DNA of 55,539 bases from Candidatus Marsarchaeota archaeon (GTDB lineage: Archaea > Micrarchaeota > Micrarchaeia > Micrarchaeales > Micrarchaeaceae), in contig JAMCSF010000029.1 in assembly GCA_023380795.1 (NCBI GenBank), positions 1-55,539 on the forward strand, read 5' to 3'. Within the stretch, counting starts at the first letter, position 1, and each line of letters starts with the position of its first letter. Positions 37,492-46,613 of this stretch are shown here, piece after piece. The position numbers were made by a program, and so were the translations under genes. The notes below the pieces were generated by a model, which was not told where the DNA came from, made no database searches, and worked only from the letters and a program-made list of their open reading frames with translations.

Positions 37492-38838
37492 TTGCCGAGC
37501 CACCGCGTGAAGGAAGTACCCGAAGCGATAAGAGTAGCTTTTGAAGGGCTAAAAAAGAAGTTGAACTCGCATCTTTCGCTGGTCAAGATAGGGGATAACT
37601 ACTACGTAAACGAGACCGCAACGCAATTTTCAGATGAAAAGAACAAAAAAATAACAGTCTCAAGGTACATAGGGAAAATAGGATCTGATGGCAGCTTTAC
37701 CGAAGCAATGCACAGGAAAAAGGAGACAAGAGTAAAGAGCATAAGGGAACTCATCGCCGCAAAGAAATTGGAAGAAGACAGCAACAGTATTCTGTATCCG
37801 GACGACATAGACCTGAAACTTCTGGAGATGCTAAGCGCCAACGGCAGAGAACCGGTTGCAGAGCTTTCGAAGGTCCTGGGACTGAGCCAGGCTGCGTGCA
37901 AATACAGGATACAGAGGCTGGAAAAAAGGTACGGCATAACATATACTGTAGAAGTAGGGCCAAGGCCTTTCAATTTCTTCAGGTACGTTGCGTTTGTAAG
38001 GTTCGGAAGGGACAAGCCGGATATAGAAACGTTAAGAAAAGTTATAGGAAAGGAGCCGTTGGTGCAGCTAGCGCTGTCGTTGAAAGGGCCGCATGACCTT
38101 TTCCTCTACATGCTCGCAGAAAATACGCAGTTATTGGAAGACGCGATATACAGGATGAGATCAGAACTGCCAATGACAAGATACAAAGCGTACTGGAACG
38201 TAACTTATATATCCAGGGCATACGGCTATCTTCCGTTAAGGCAGGAATTTATAGAACTTTTAAAGGAAAAGGTGTGGCACAGGAGCAAAGAGCATCCCAG
38301 AAGGCTTCCAGACCAATTATTGGAAAGGGAATATCTAGTTTTGAGTCAACTTAACAAAGATGGAAGAATAAGCTTTGTTGATTTAGACAAAAAGTTAAAT
38401 CTCAATCCTGGCGCATCGGACTACACTTATAATAGATTAATAGAGAAAGGTATGATAGAAAGGGTAACAATAAACATGGAGAAGCCGCAGATGAAATATC
38501 CTGCGCTCTTCGTAGTAAAGCAGCCAGATATAAACGCCTTCAACATTCACAGAAACGAGTTCAGGGCAAAGCTCATAGCGTTGCCAAAGACCCCTGCAAA
38601 TACTGTATGCCTTGAGGGAGATATAGGTGCACCATACGGTCTTGTGTATATAATGCCAATCTATACAAACACAGAATCTGCAACAAAGATAATTGCAGAC
38701 TTGTCAAAACAAAGCATAAAAGATATCAGAGATTACATAGTAACCGATACTATTATAGGTACTTTAGGTTTTAGGAGAATAGCCCCAGAACAAACTTACC
38801 AATACAACTTTATATTAAAATCACAAAATCAGAAATAG
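37492..38838 (+). CDS. Tandem (2x HTH + RAM) Lrp/AsnC regulator with an extra N-terminal domain
   Basis: HTH1 DDIDLKLLEMLSANGREPVAELSKVLGLSQAACKYRIQRLE; RAM1 LKGPHDL; HTH2 LSQLNKDGRISFVDL...YNRLIEKGMI; RAM2 GDIGAPYG. Confidence 0.9.
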   Translation: MPSHRVKEVPEAIRVAFEGLKKKLNSHLSLVKIGDNYYVNETATQFSDEKNKKITVSRYIGKIGSDGSFTEAMHRKKETRVKSIRELIAAKKLEEDSNSILYPDDIDLKLLEMLSANGREPVAELSKVLGLSQAACKYRIQRLEKRYGITYTVEVGPRPFNFFRYVAFVRFGRDKPDIETLRKVIGKEPLVQLALSLKGPHDLFLYMLAENTQLLEDAIYRMRSELPMTRYKAYWNVTYISRAYGYLPLRQEFIELLKEKVWHRSKEHPRRLPDQLLEREYLVLSQLNKDGRISFVDLDKKLNLNPGASDYTYNRLIEKGMIERVTINMEKPQMKYPALFVVKQPDINAFNIHRNEFRAKLIALPKTPANTVCLEGDIGAPYGLVYIMPIYTNTESATKIIADLSKQSIKDIRDYIVTDTIIGTLGFRRIAPEQTYQYNFILKSQNQK

Positions 38839-38936
38839 AAAATATAATACAAGTACTTTATTGTCCGTCGCTTCCTCCCATCATTATCACCAAATATTTA
38901 TATTTCACAGCAAAATGGAACTGATGCATTTAAATA
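38566..38936 (+). repeat. Copy 1 of ~371-bp direct repeat (3' end of the Lrp gene plus 3' flank)
   Basis: Aligns with 38990-39360 at a 424-bp offset. Confidence 0.95.
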
Positions 38937-38989
38937 CCTTTTTGCAGGTCTGCGTGTAGAAATGTAAAAGCCCAAGATCAAGCTAGGTA

Positions 38990-39360
38990 GCAAAGCTCAT
39001 AGCGTTGCCAAAGACCCCTGCAAATACTACTGCACTGTTCGGTGATATAGGTGCTCCTTACGGCTTTGTTTTCGTAATGCCCATCTACACAAACACAGAA
39101 TCTGCGACAAAGACAGTCGCAGACTTGTCAAAACAAAGCATAAAAGATATCAGAGATTACATAGTAACCGATACGATTATAGGCTCTTTGGGCTTCAGGA
39201 GAATAGCCCCAGAACAAACTTACCAATACAACTTTATATTAAAATCACAAAATCAGAAATAGAAAATATAATACAAGTACTTTATTGTCCGCCTCCTCCT
39301 CCCATTATTATCACCAAATATTTATATTTCAAAGCAAAATGGGGCTGATACGCTTAAATA
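38990..39360 (+). pseudogene. Copy 2: 5'-truncated variant of the Lrp gene 3' end (possible silent cassette)
   Basis: Open to the same stop (39262), in-frame TAG at 38984 just upstream, no RBS; identical blocks alternate with divergent blocks. Confidence 0.85.
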
Positions 39361-39683
39361 AGCTTCTTATTCCGTGTGTATAATCTGGTAAAAAGCAAAT
39401 CGGCGCTTTGGCGATGTCAAAGTTGCCATCTAACATAAAGTAGTCACCCCTGCCTGTATGCAAGGCCTCAAAGCAGGCAGTTCTGGCTGAACTGGAACTA
39501 TAAAAACACCAGCGTTGCCGGATGAGGCGATAGCAGTAGCGTGCAAGCATGGAAGCCGCAAGGTCTACGTGTGTGCAAATGCAGCAATGTCGCAAAGCTT
39601 TAAATTTTTAATATAAGCAATCAATTAATCCGCAATCTGCATACCGTATGCGTTTGCTCATATTCACATTTTTTGGCGTTTTT

Positions 39684-41219
39684 ATGGGAAAGAAACTTTA
39701 TCTGGTAGGAATAGATGCAGCGCCGCTGTGGCTTATAAAGGAGAACATCAGTAAATACAAGTTATCTGGCTTCGGCCGCTTTTTCAAGGACGGCGTCCTC
39801 ACGAACATGGAGTCCACGCTTCCTCCAATGACTGGGCCTTCATGGCCAAGCATATATACTGGCTTCAGGCCGGGAGACCACGGCGTCCCGGAATTCCTTG
39901 AGATGGAGCCAAGCTATACAAAATCTGTCGTATATTACAATCCTGAGATAAAGGAGCCATTCTGGGAGAAGCTGGCAAGGAACGGATACAAGAGCCTTAT
40001 AATAACTCCTGCCATGCTCGTAAAGCCTACGACAAGCGAGAACATAGACATGATAACAGGATTTCCTCTTCCTGCAAAGTTCAGCTCAAAATACATGCAG
40101 AAAATAGCCGAAAGCAACGGGTTCTCCGGCGAGCCGGACATAGAAGCAGACATAAAATCGGGAAAGATTACACTCTCGCAGGCATCCGAAGCGTTCCAGG
40201 AAAGCATTAAAAAGCGCTCAAACGTGGCAATGGAAATGCTCAACAAAAAGGATTACGATTTTGCATTCATATGCTTCACAGAAGAAGACAGGATACAGCA
40301 CTTTTCACTAAACCTTAAGGAATGGAAGGATTACGTAATGCCCCTCTACGAGCGCATATCCGAGTTTCTTGTATGGCTTGAAAAGCGCGCGGAAAAGGAA
40401 GGTGCAGCGATAATGATGATATCAGACCATGGGGCGCAGTCAATAAAAGAAAAATTCCTGATAAACGGCTGGCTCATAAGCAACGGCTATGCAAAGCTGA
40501 AGCCGGAGCTTGAGCAGGCGATAAGCAATTCCAACGCCATAAGCTCAATGAAATATTCGGTAAGGGAGAAGATACTCAAGAGCATGAACAGGAGCGGATC
40601 CAGGAAAGTGCTTTATGACAAGCTGCCGAAGGGGCTCAAAAGGCTAAGCAAAGACGCGTTCTCGGCCGTGCTGAAGGGGGCATCTTCGGAAGACTATACA
40701 CGGCTTCACGATTTCGACTATGACATGCGCAGAACGAAAGCTTTCGCCAGCATAGCGAACACCATAGTCTGCACAATATTCATAAACGACTCAAGATTTG
40801 ATCACGGAATAGTGAAGAAAACCGAGAAGAAAAAACTGAAGCAGGAGCTAATGCGCAAGCTATCCCAGATAAAGGGCAAGGACGGCAAGAACCTAATGGT
40901 CAATGTATTCGACGCGGACGACTATTACGAGGGGACAAAGCTTTTCATCGCGCCTGACGTAATGGCTGAGATAAAGCCCAACTACCTTATAGATGCGTTC
41001 GGCTACCAGAAGAGCGGCAACCTGTTCATGGAACCTGAAATGGCCAAGCGCGGAGACCACATAAGGAATGGCATATTCGGGATAATTTCCAACAACGCCC
41101 ACATGGACTACAAGAAAATAGAAAAAAGCAAGCTTTACGTCTACAACGTTGCTCCAACGGTACTCAAATATTTCGACTGCAGCATAGACACTGACAGGAG
41201 GTACAAGCCGATATTCTAG
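39684..41219 (+). CDS. Alkaline phosphatase superfamily (type I phosphodiesterase/nucleotide pyrophosphatase) protein
   Basis: VGIDAA, ESTLPPMTGPSWPSIYTG, DRIQH, ISDHG, GDH. Confidence 0.92.
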   Translation: MGKKLYLVGIDAAPLWLIKENISKYKLSGFGRFFKDGVLTNMESTLPPMTGPSWPSIYTGFRPGDHGVPEFLEMEPSYTKSVVYYNPEIKEPFWEKLARNGYKSLIITPAMLVKPTTSENIDMITGFPLPAKFSSKYMQKIAESNGFSGEPDIEADIKSGKITLSQASEAFQESIKKRSNVAMEMLNKKDYDFAFICFTEEDRIQHFSLNLKEWKDYVMPLYERISEFLVWLEKRAEKEGAAIMMISDHGAQSIKEKFLINGWLISNGYAKLKPELEQAISNSNAISSMKYSVREKILKSMNRSGSRKVLYDKLPKGLKRLSKDAFSAVLKGASSEDYTRLHDFDYDMRRTKAFASIANTIVCTIFINDSRFDHGIVKKTEKKKLKQELMRKLSQIKGKDGKNLMVNVFDADDYYEGTKLFIAPDVMAEIKPNYLIDAFGYQKSGNLFMEPEMAKRGDHIRNGIFGIISNNAHMDYKKIEKSKLYVYNVAPTVLKYFDCSIDTDRRYKPIF

Positions 41220-41227
41220 GTTTTTTG

Positions 41228-42463
41228 ATGGCTAGAGTACTGATATTCGATACAAGCTCAAGGCTGGGTGCTGTCGGGGGAGCGCAGAGGGTCGCAGCCA
41301 ACCTTTTCTACGAGCTAGGCAAGCGCGGCATTGAAACTTTTTACCTGGGTTACAAAACCGACTATTTCAAGGGCCCGCACAAGAATGCGATGTTTCTTAA
41401 GGAGTCCAAGCAGAAGGCGCTCAAGCAGGCTGGCGAGCGCCATAGCATGCAGCGCCTTATAGAAAGCAGGTTAGTAAGGGCTGGATATTACGCCTCCTAT
41501 TCCATTAGGGGCATAAATACTTCTGAAATGGAAGCCTTCTTATCCAAAATAAAGCCTGATGTCGTGCTAGCAAGCTCGATTCTGGACTATGTGATATTAA
41601 AGAGGCTCAAGGGCAAAATGCCAAACGCAAAGATAATCTACATAGAGCACGCAAACGCGTCGGGTAAATACGACGGCGCTTTCGACTACAACATAATGCA
41701 GCTGACTTTCGGTACGGGCCCGTTCGTGGGGCTGGAAAGGGCCAGAAAGAGATTCTTCGGCTTCTTCGATGGCGTAATAGCCCTGAATATGGAACAGTAT
41801 GATGCTGTTAAAAAGTACAACGGCAACGTGAGCATAATCCACAGCAGCTCACTGCTTGAAGGGAGCAAGCCAGACAGTGCGCATTTGGGGCACTTCAAAA
41901 AAGAGCTGGGCTTGAAAGGCAGGAAAACGGTTCTCTATCTTGGAAGGCTAGCCGAAGCGCAGAAAAATGTCAGCTCGCTGATAAAAGCCTTCATGGAGAT
42001 AAAGGGTGAAGGCTTGTGCCTGCTCATAGTCGGCGACGGAAAATCCAGGCCCCTATACGAACAGATGTCTTCCAAGGACAGGCGCATAAGGATAGTAGGC
42101 AGGGTTGAGGAAAAAATGTTGCCATATTACTACTCTTCAGCAGATCTGTATGTTCTGCCATCGATATGGGAATCCTTCAACGCCACGTTTATAGAAGCCG
42201 CGACTTTCGGCGCTCCTTTGCTGCTGTCTGAGAATGCGGTAAACAGGGACATAAAGGAAAGGTTTGGCAAAAGACTTCTTCTTTTCAATCCCAAAGACAT
42301 CGAAGAGCTAAGGGAAAAAATGCAAACTGCAATATACGACCGCGCTGAAAGGAATAAGCTTATTTCGTTGTCAAGGGACATTGCCAAGGAATACAGCAAG
42401 AAAGCCCAGATGGATGCGTATGCATCGGCAATAAAACGCCTTTTGGATTCAGGAAAGCTATGA
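41228..42463 (+). CDS. GT4-family glycosyltransferase
   Basis: GGAQR, YLGRL...KN, IVGDG, YVLPSIWESFNATFIEA. Confidence 0.93.
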   Translation: MARVLIFDTSSRLGAVGGAQRVAANLFYELGKRGIETFYLGYKTDYFKGPHKNAMFLKESKQKALKQAGERHSMQRLIESRLVRAGYYASYSIRGINTSEMEAFLSKIKPDVVLASSILDYVILKRLKGKMPNAKIIYIEHANASGKYDGAFDYNIMQLTFGTGPFVGLERARKRFFGFFDGVIALNMEQYDAVKKYNGNVSIIHSSSLLEGSKPDSAHLGHFKKELGLKGRKTVLYLGRLAEAQKNVSSLIKAFMEIKGEGLCLLIVGDGKSRPLYEQMSSKDRRIRIVGRVEEKMLPYYYSSADLYVLPSIWESFNATFIEAATFGAPLLLSENAVNRDIKERFGKRLLLFNPKDIEELREKMQTAIYDRAERNKLISLSRDIAKEYSKKAQMDAYASAIKRLLDSGKL

Positions 42464-42464
42464 T

Positions 42465-43643
42465 TTATCCTATCTTCAAAATTGGTATTTCCATTTCTTC
42501 CGGGCTCATGCCCCCGTGCGTGCCCTTGTTTTCGCTCATGCGCGGATTTGTGGCCTTTCCCTTGCTCCTATTATAATCGTTGAAGCTGAATGTGTTGTTT
42601 CCAAGCGCAATACCTGTCTTGTCGGCAAGGTTGTATCTGGCGAATTCTGAAACCCTCTTGCTGCCGAATATCCCTGCCTTTATCAATTCGTCCGTGTCAA
42701 AAAGCACAGCTTTTTTGGAGTACTTCCTTTCGAAATAATCCTCAAAGCCTTTCTCTTTTCCATCAGCTATCTTCATGCTGAAGCTTCTTCCGTTCCCAAA
42801 TGCCGGCATTTCTAAGAATCTCATAAGCTCGTCGTTCCACCATACGTTGGTCTTAAGCCTGCTGTCAGCTACTATCTGCCCATGGTCAGAAAATATAAAG
42901 AGCTCCGTATCCGACTTCCTTAGCTTTTCTTCAAGCCCCATGATGTCCCTGAAAAGCCTGGATACGAGCCTTACTGTTTCGTTGCCGCTCTTGGAATATC
43001 TGTGGCTGAAGTGATCAAGCGCATCCGTATAAGCGTATATGAAATCAAAGTCGCCCTTTTTTAGCAGCGCTTCCATCCCGACAAACAGGTCCTCATTTCC
43101 TGTATGCGGAACATACCTTACACTTCTGCAAAAGTCGCTGCGCAACTCCTTTTCCAGGACCTGATCTCTCATTAAATATACGAACCCGCCATTGGAGCGT
43201 ATTTTTTCCAGAAGTGCAGGCCTCGGCATGAGCATAGGTGCTAACCCTTTTATTTCTTCCTCAGAGGGCATCCAGGAAAGCCTGAACGGATTTATCATCG
43301 TGCCGTAGTCCTTAGAAAAGAAGTCACCGATTATTCCGTGTTCGGAAACGTGCTTGCCTGAATTCAGGCTTATAATCACAGAAGGGGTGAAAGAGGGAAA
43401 TATCGTGCTTGCCTTTTCCAGAGTGTTTCTTTCTATAAAATCAGAAAGCTTCCCGTCACTCTTCGCAGCCTTCTCAAGCGTATCGTAGCCAAGCCCGTCA
43501 ATTACCAGTATGGCCCTTTTTTTCCCGCTTTTCAAGTGCCTGCCGCGTCCATCGGCGAACTCTTTCATCAGGGAAAGATTGCTATTTCTGAAATCCGGTA
43601 TTTTGAAACCTGCTTCTTCTAGCTCTGAAATTATGCTTGGCAA
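42465..43643 (-). CDS. Alkaline phosphatase superfamily protein
   Basis: VIDGLG, TIFPSFT, DHFSH, SDHG, THGG.SPEEMEIP. Confidence 0.9.
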   Translation of the reverse strand: MPSIISELEEAGFKIPDFRNSNLSLMKEFADGRGRHLKSGKKRAILVIDGLGYDTLEKAAKSDGKLSDFIERNTLEKASTIFPSFTPSVIISLNSGKHVSEHGIIGDFFSKDYGTMINPFRLSWMPSEEEIKGLAPMLMPRPALLEKIRSNGGFVYLMRDQVLEKELRSDFCRSVRYVPHTGNEDLFVGMEALLKKGDFDFIYAYTDALDHFSHRYSKSGNETVRLVSRLFRDIMGLEEKLRKSDTELFIFSDHGQIVADSRLKTNVWWNDELMRFLEMPAFGNGRSFSMKIADGKEKGFEDYFERKYSKKAVLFDTDELIKAGIFGSKRVSEFARYNLADKTGIALGNNTFSFNDYNRSKGKATNPRMSENKGTHGGMSPEEMEIPILKIG

Positions 43644-43768
43644 AACAACACCGTCGCACTTCTTTATTCCAAAGAATTATTAAGCCTTTTTCAGGCGTGC
43701 AGTACGCTCAAGACTAAAGCATGCACAATGGGTTGCGGAATCACAGAACAGCTGCAAATCAAAATCCG

Positions 43769-44179
43769 TCATTGGAACAGCTTTATTAGGTAGCCAGCAT
43801 GCTTTATGACATCTCCTTCTGTCATTATGCCATTCAGCTTCCCGTTTAAGCTGACTATGCAAAGCTTTTTTATGTGCTTTACGGCCATAAGCCTAGCTGC
43901 GTCGGAAAGCTTTATGTCACTTGTTATCGTTATTACCGGAGCTGTCATTATCTCTTTGGCTGCTGTTGTTTTTGGGTCCTTATCTTCGGCTATAACGTTC
44001 CTTACTATGTCCCCTTCTGTAACTATCCCTAAAGGATACATGTCCTCATCAACCACTATCACAGAACCTATCTCTTTTTCTGCCATTAGCTTTGCTATGC
44101 CAGAAACCAAATCGCTAGGCTTGGCTACAACAACATCAGTAGTCATAGCGTCCCCAACCATAATGTCTTCTCCGTTCAT
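43769..44179 (-). CDS. CBS-pair domain protein
   Basis: VGDAMT, IGSVIVVD, GIVTEGDI, EIMT, GIMTEGDV. Confidence 0.95.
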   Translation of the reverse strand: MNGEDIMVGDAMTTDVVVAKPSDLVSGIAKLMAEKEIGSVIVVDEDMYPLGIVTEGDIVRNVIAEDKDPKTTAAKEIMTAPVITITSDIKLSDAARLMAVKHIKKLCIVSLNGKLNGIMTEGDVIKHAGYLIKLFQ

Positions 44180-44211
44180 CGTCCTGCCTATTTAGCAATG
44201 GCATTAAAGTA

Positions 44212-44751
44212 TTATAAAAGTTCTTTTTTGGCTTCTAGCCTTTTTGACAATGCATTAATTACAATTTCTACCACAATGCCTGCCTTTTCGATATTGGATT
44301 CAGTATGTGGCACACGCATGCATAAATATATGCTCTGTCCCGGAAAATTTCCCACATATTGGCTGTTTTGAAATTGGTTTATGTTTTCTCCAGAATTTTC
44401 CAATTTAAAAAGATTTGCCGAGTATTCTTTGCCGTAAAGCTTGTCCAGCTTGTCCAGCTCAAATTGCCTTTTAATATCAAGCATATTTTTACTTGCGTAT
44501 TCGAACTCTGCTTCGCGGCTGTCCCTTATTATCATAAAATCATAAAGAAGGCTTTTTGCGATGGCGTCCTCATCATAAGCGTTGACTTTTCTAAGCATCT
44601 TGTTGAAAAACGAATGTATTTTTATTACCTTATCTTCGTTCTCGGTTATCCTGCCAAGCGCAGCCTCAATCTCCTTGTCGTTTTTGGAGACAATTTCCAA
44701 AAAATCACCACAAATAAAACAGTTGGAATAATACTTAAACATAACTAGCAA
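44212..44751 (-). CDS. Hypothetical protein (AT-rich)
   Basis: 179-aa ORF, no motif recognised. Confidence 0.6.
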   Translation of the reverse strand: MLVMFKYYSNCFICGDFLEIVSKNDKEIEAALGRITENEDKVIKIHSFFNKMLRKVNAYDEDAIAKSLLYDFMIIRDSREAEFEYASKNMLDIKRQFELDKLDKLYGKEYSANLFKLENSGENINQFQNSQYVGNFPGQSIYLCMRVPHTESNIEKAGIVVEIVINALSKRLEAKKELL

Positions 44752-44823
44752 TCATGGATTTTCCATAAAATTTATACAGAAGCTTTAAAAACAGGACATG
44801 TTCAAAAGCTTTTAGGCGATAGG

Positions 44824-45627
44824 GTGGCAACTGGGAAAAAGAGGGATGGAAACCTTTATTCTTCAAAAGCGCGAGATATGCGCTTCGAATATGCAGAAAA
44901 GACAATAAGCGAACTGATGGCTTCAACGGATCCAGAATTCAAAACTTGCGTGTCTGGCGTAAGGTCTCTAATAACTTCGCTGAAATCACTGGAGAGCTAT
45001 AGCGAAGATCTCATGTACGAGCCTTTGGTATATGTAGAAAAGATAGAGCGGTACGGATCAAAACTTCTAAGCTCTATAAACTCCATGTACAAGACAGTAT
45101 ACGATTCCAGCACCAGCGAAATAAGGAGACTAGCCGACAACTACATAAATTCCATAGTGGATAGCCACGGGGGCGAGCTGTTTTCCAACTATGATTATTA
45201 TGAAGAATATAAAAAAGCCAGCAATGAGCAGAACGAGGTGCTGAAAGGCCGCATGCTGAAATATCTGCGCCGCGACATACACGTGCTCAAGAACGCAAGA
45301 AAAGAGTTTTACGGAGGGCATCAGGAATACGCGTTCGCCATTATGGAAGGCAAAGATTCTAGGCAGGTCCAGACTATGCAGGCCATATTCCTAATGAAGG
45401 AACTTTCAGAATTCGGAAATATAAGGTTTGAGAAATTGGATGAATGGCTTGATTCAAAGAAGGCCTACATAGAGGCAAATACGAGCAAGCACGTGGACGA
45501 AGCAAAAAGCATACTGTTAGAACTAATGGGATTCAGGCAATACATGCTTTCGCTTCCGATAAATAATGATTTTTCAGAAGACACGGGAGAGGAATTAAAG
45601 CTCCATAGCAAGGAACTCAGAAAATGA
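44824..45627 (+). CDS. Hypothetical helical protein
   Basis: 267-aa ORF, no motif recognised. Confidence 0.7.
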   Translation: MATGKKRDGNLYSSKARDMRFEYAEKTISELMASTDPEFKTCVSGVRSLITSLKSLESYSEDLMYEPLVYVEKIERYGSKLLSSINSMYKTVYDSSTSEIRRLADNYINSIVDSHGGELFSNYDYYEEYKKASNEQNEVLKGRMLKYLRRDIHVLKNARKEFYGGHQEYAFAIMEGKDSRQVQTMQAIFLMKELSEFGNIRFEKLDEWLDSKKAYIEANTSKHVDEAKSILLELMGFRQYMLSLPINNDFSEDTGEELKLHSKELRK

Positions 45628-45642
45628 TTGCGTAAAAATTCA

Positions 45643-45714
45643 TGGACTCTGCGGGATTCGCACCCGCGACCCCCTCGTTGCGAACGAGGTGCTCTACTAC
45701 TGAGCCAAGAGCCC
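45643..45714 (-). tRNA. tRNA-Ala(CGC) with atypical D- and T-loops
   Basis: GGGCTCT/AGAGTCC acceptor with G3:U70, CCTCG-TTCGCAA-CGAGG anticodon arm. Confidence 0.93.
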
Positions 45715-45766
45715 TTCAATGAATGCTGCAATTATTTGCTATCTGCATAATAAAAAACTTTCCCAA

Positions 45767-46558
45767 TCAGCTGATGCTCTTGTACAGGCTTTCCTTCTGC
45801 CTCTGCTCCATCGGCATTATCCTTTCCCTTGCGTTTGAGAAGGCCAGCTCAGCATAGGACCTTACGGCATAGCCATTTCTCAGCGACTCGTTGATGCCGC
45901 TTATGCACCTGTTGACCTGCGCTATCGTTTCGGTATTGCCCCTGTCAATCTTCCCCTCGAAATCAACGCATTTCTGCCTGTGCTTCTCGAGAGACTTCAG
46001 CCTTTTGTCGAGCCTGCCGGTTATCGCCTTCTCAACCCTGTTGAACCTCTTGTTCCAATCGCAGAAGTCGGCTATGATGGCCATAAACTCCGGCTTCGTG
46101 ACTCCTCTCCTGGCCATGCCTACCATTCTGTCATAGTCTGAATTCCTGAGCCTTACATACAGCTCAAGCGCCAGCTTCTCTATAGCTGCAACGCTCTTCT
46201 TCTCATCGCGCAGGTTGTCAAGCGCAAGCCTCTTTTCACTCAGGGCAGAATAAGCCTCGTTCACGAGCTTCATCATCTCTTCGGCATTTTCTTCTCCGCT
46301 TACATCCGGGTGGTATGCCTTGGCCCTGCTGATGTAAGCGCTCCTTATCTTCGCCTTATCCGAAGTCGGCTTAATGCCAAGAGCGGAGAAATACCTTTTG
46401 ATGTCCTTGTCGTCTCCGCCTCCGGGCGCCATATGCTCTATTTCTTTGTTTATGCCTTCTTCCAGGGCTTCGGCCTTTCTGCTGAGAGCTCTTGCTTTTT
46501 TATCCAAGTTTTTCCCCCAGAATATAGAGCCGATGCCCTTTATAACTGAAAACGACAT
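45767..46558 (-). CDS. J-domain (DnaJ class C) protein with internal J domain and coiled coil
   Basis: YFSALGI...IRSAY..RAKAYHPDVS...VNEAYSALS. Confidence 0.88.
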   Translation of the reverse strand: MSFSVIKGIGSIFWGKNLDKKARALSRKAEALEEGINKEIEHMAPGGGDDKDIKRYFSALGIKPTSDKAKIRSAYISRAKAYHPDVSGEENAEEMMKLVNEAYSALSEKRLALDNLRDEKKSVAAIEKLALELYVRLRNSDYDRMVGMARRGVTKPEFMAIIADFCDWNKRFNRVEKAITGRLDKRLKSLEKHRQKCVDFEGKIDRGNTETIAQVNRCISGINESLRNGYAVRSYAELAFSNARERIMPMEQRQKESLYKSIS

Positions 46559-46613
46559 TTTTATCAACAGTGCATAAAAATTTAATCCATCGCTGCAATA
46601 TTATACCGGTTCC

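Noticed and set aside
38566-39360. Diversity-generating retroelement TR/VR pair
   Set aside because: Mismatches involve all four bases on either copy and strand, many are synonymous third positions, and no reverse transcriptase is in the window.
42465-43643. BREX PglZ
   Set aside because: Shares only the AlkP fold, is short, and no brx/pglX genes are adjacent.
44212-45714. Integrated element at the tRNA-Ala 3' end
   Set aside because: Two orphan ORFs lie downstream of the tRNA, but I saw no duplicated tRNA end (att) and no integrase.
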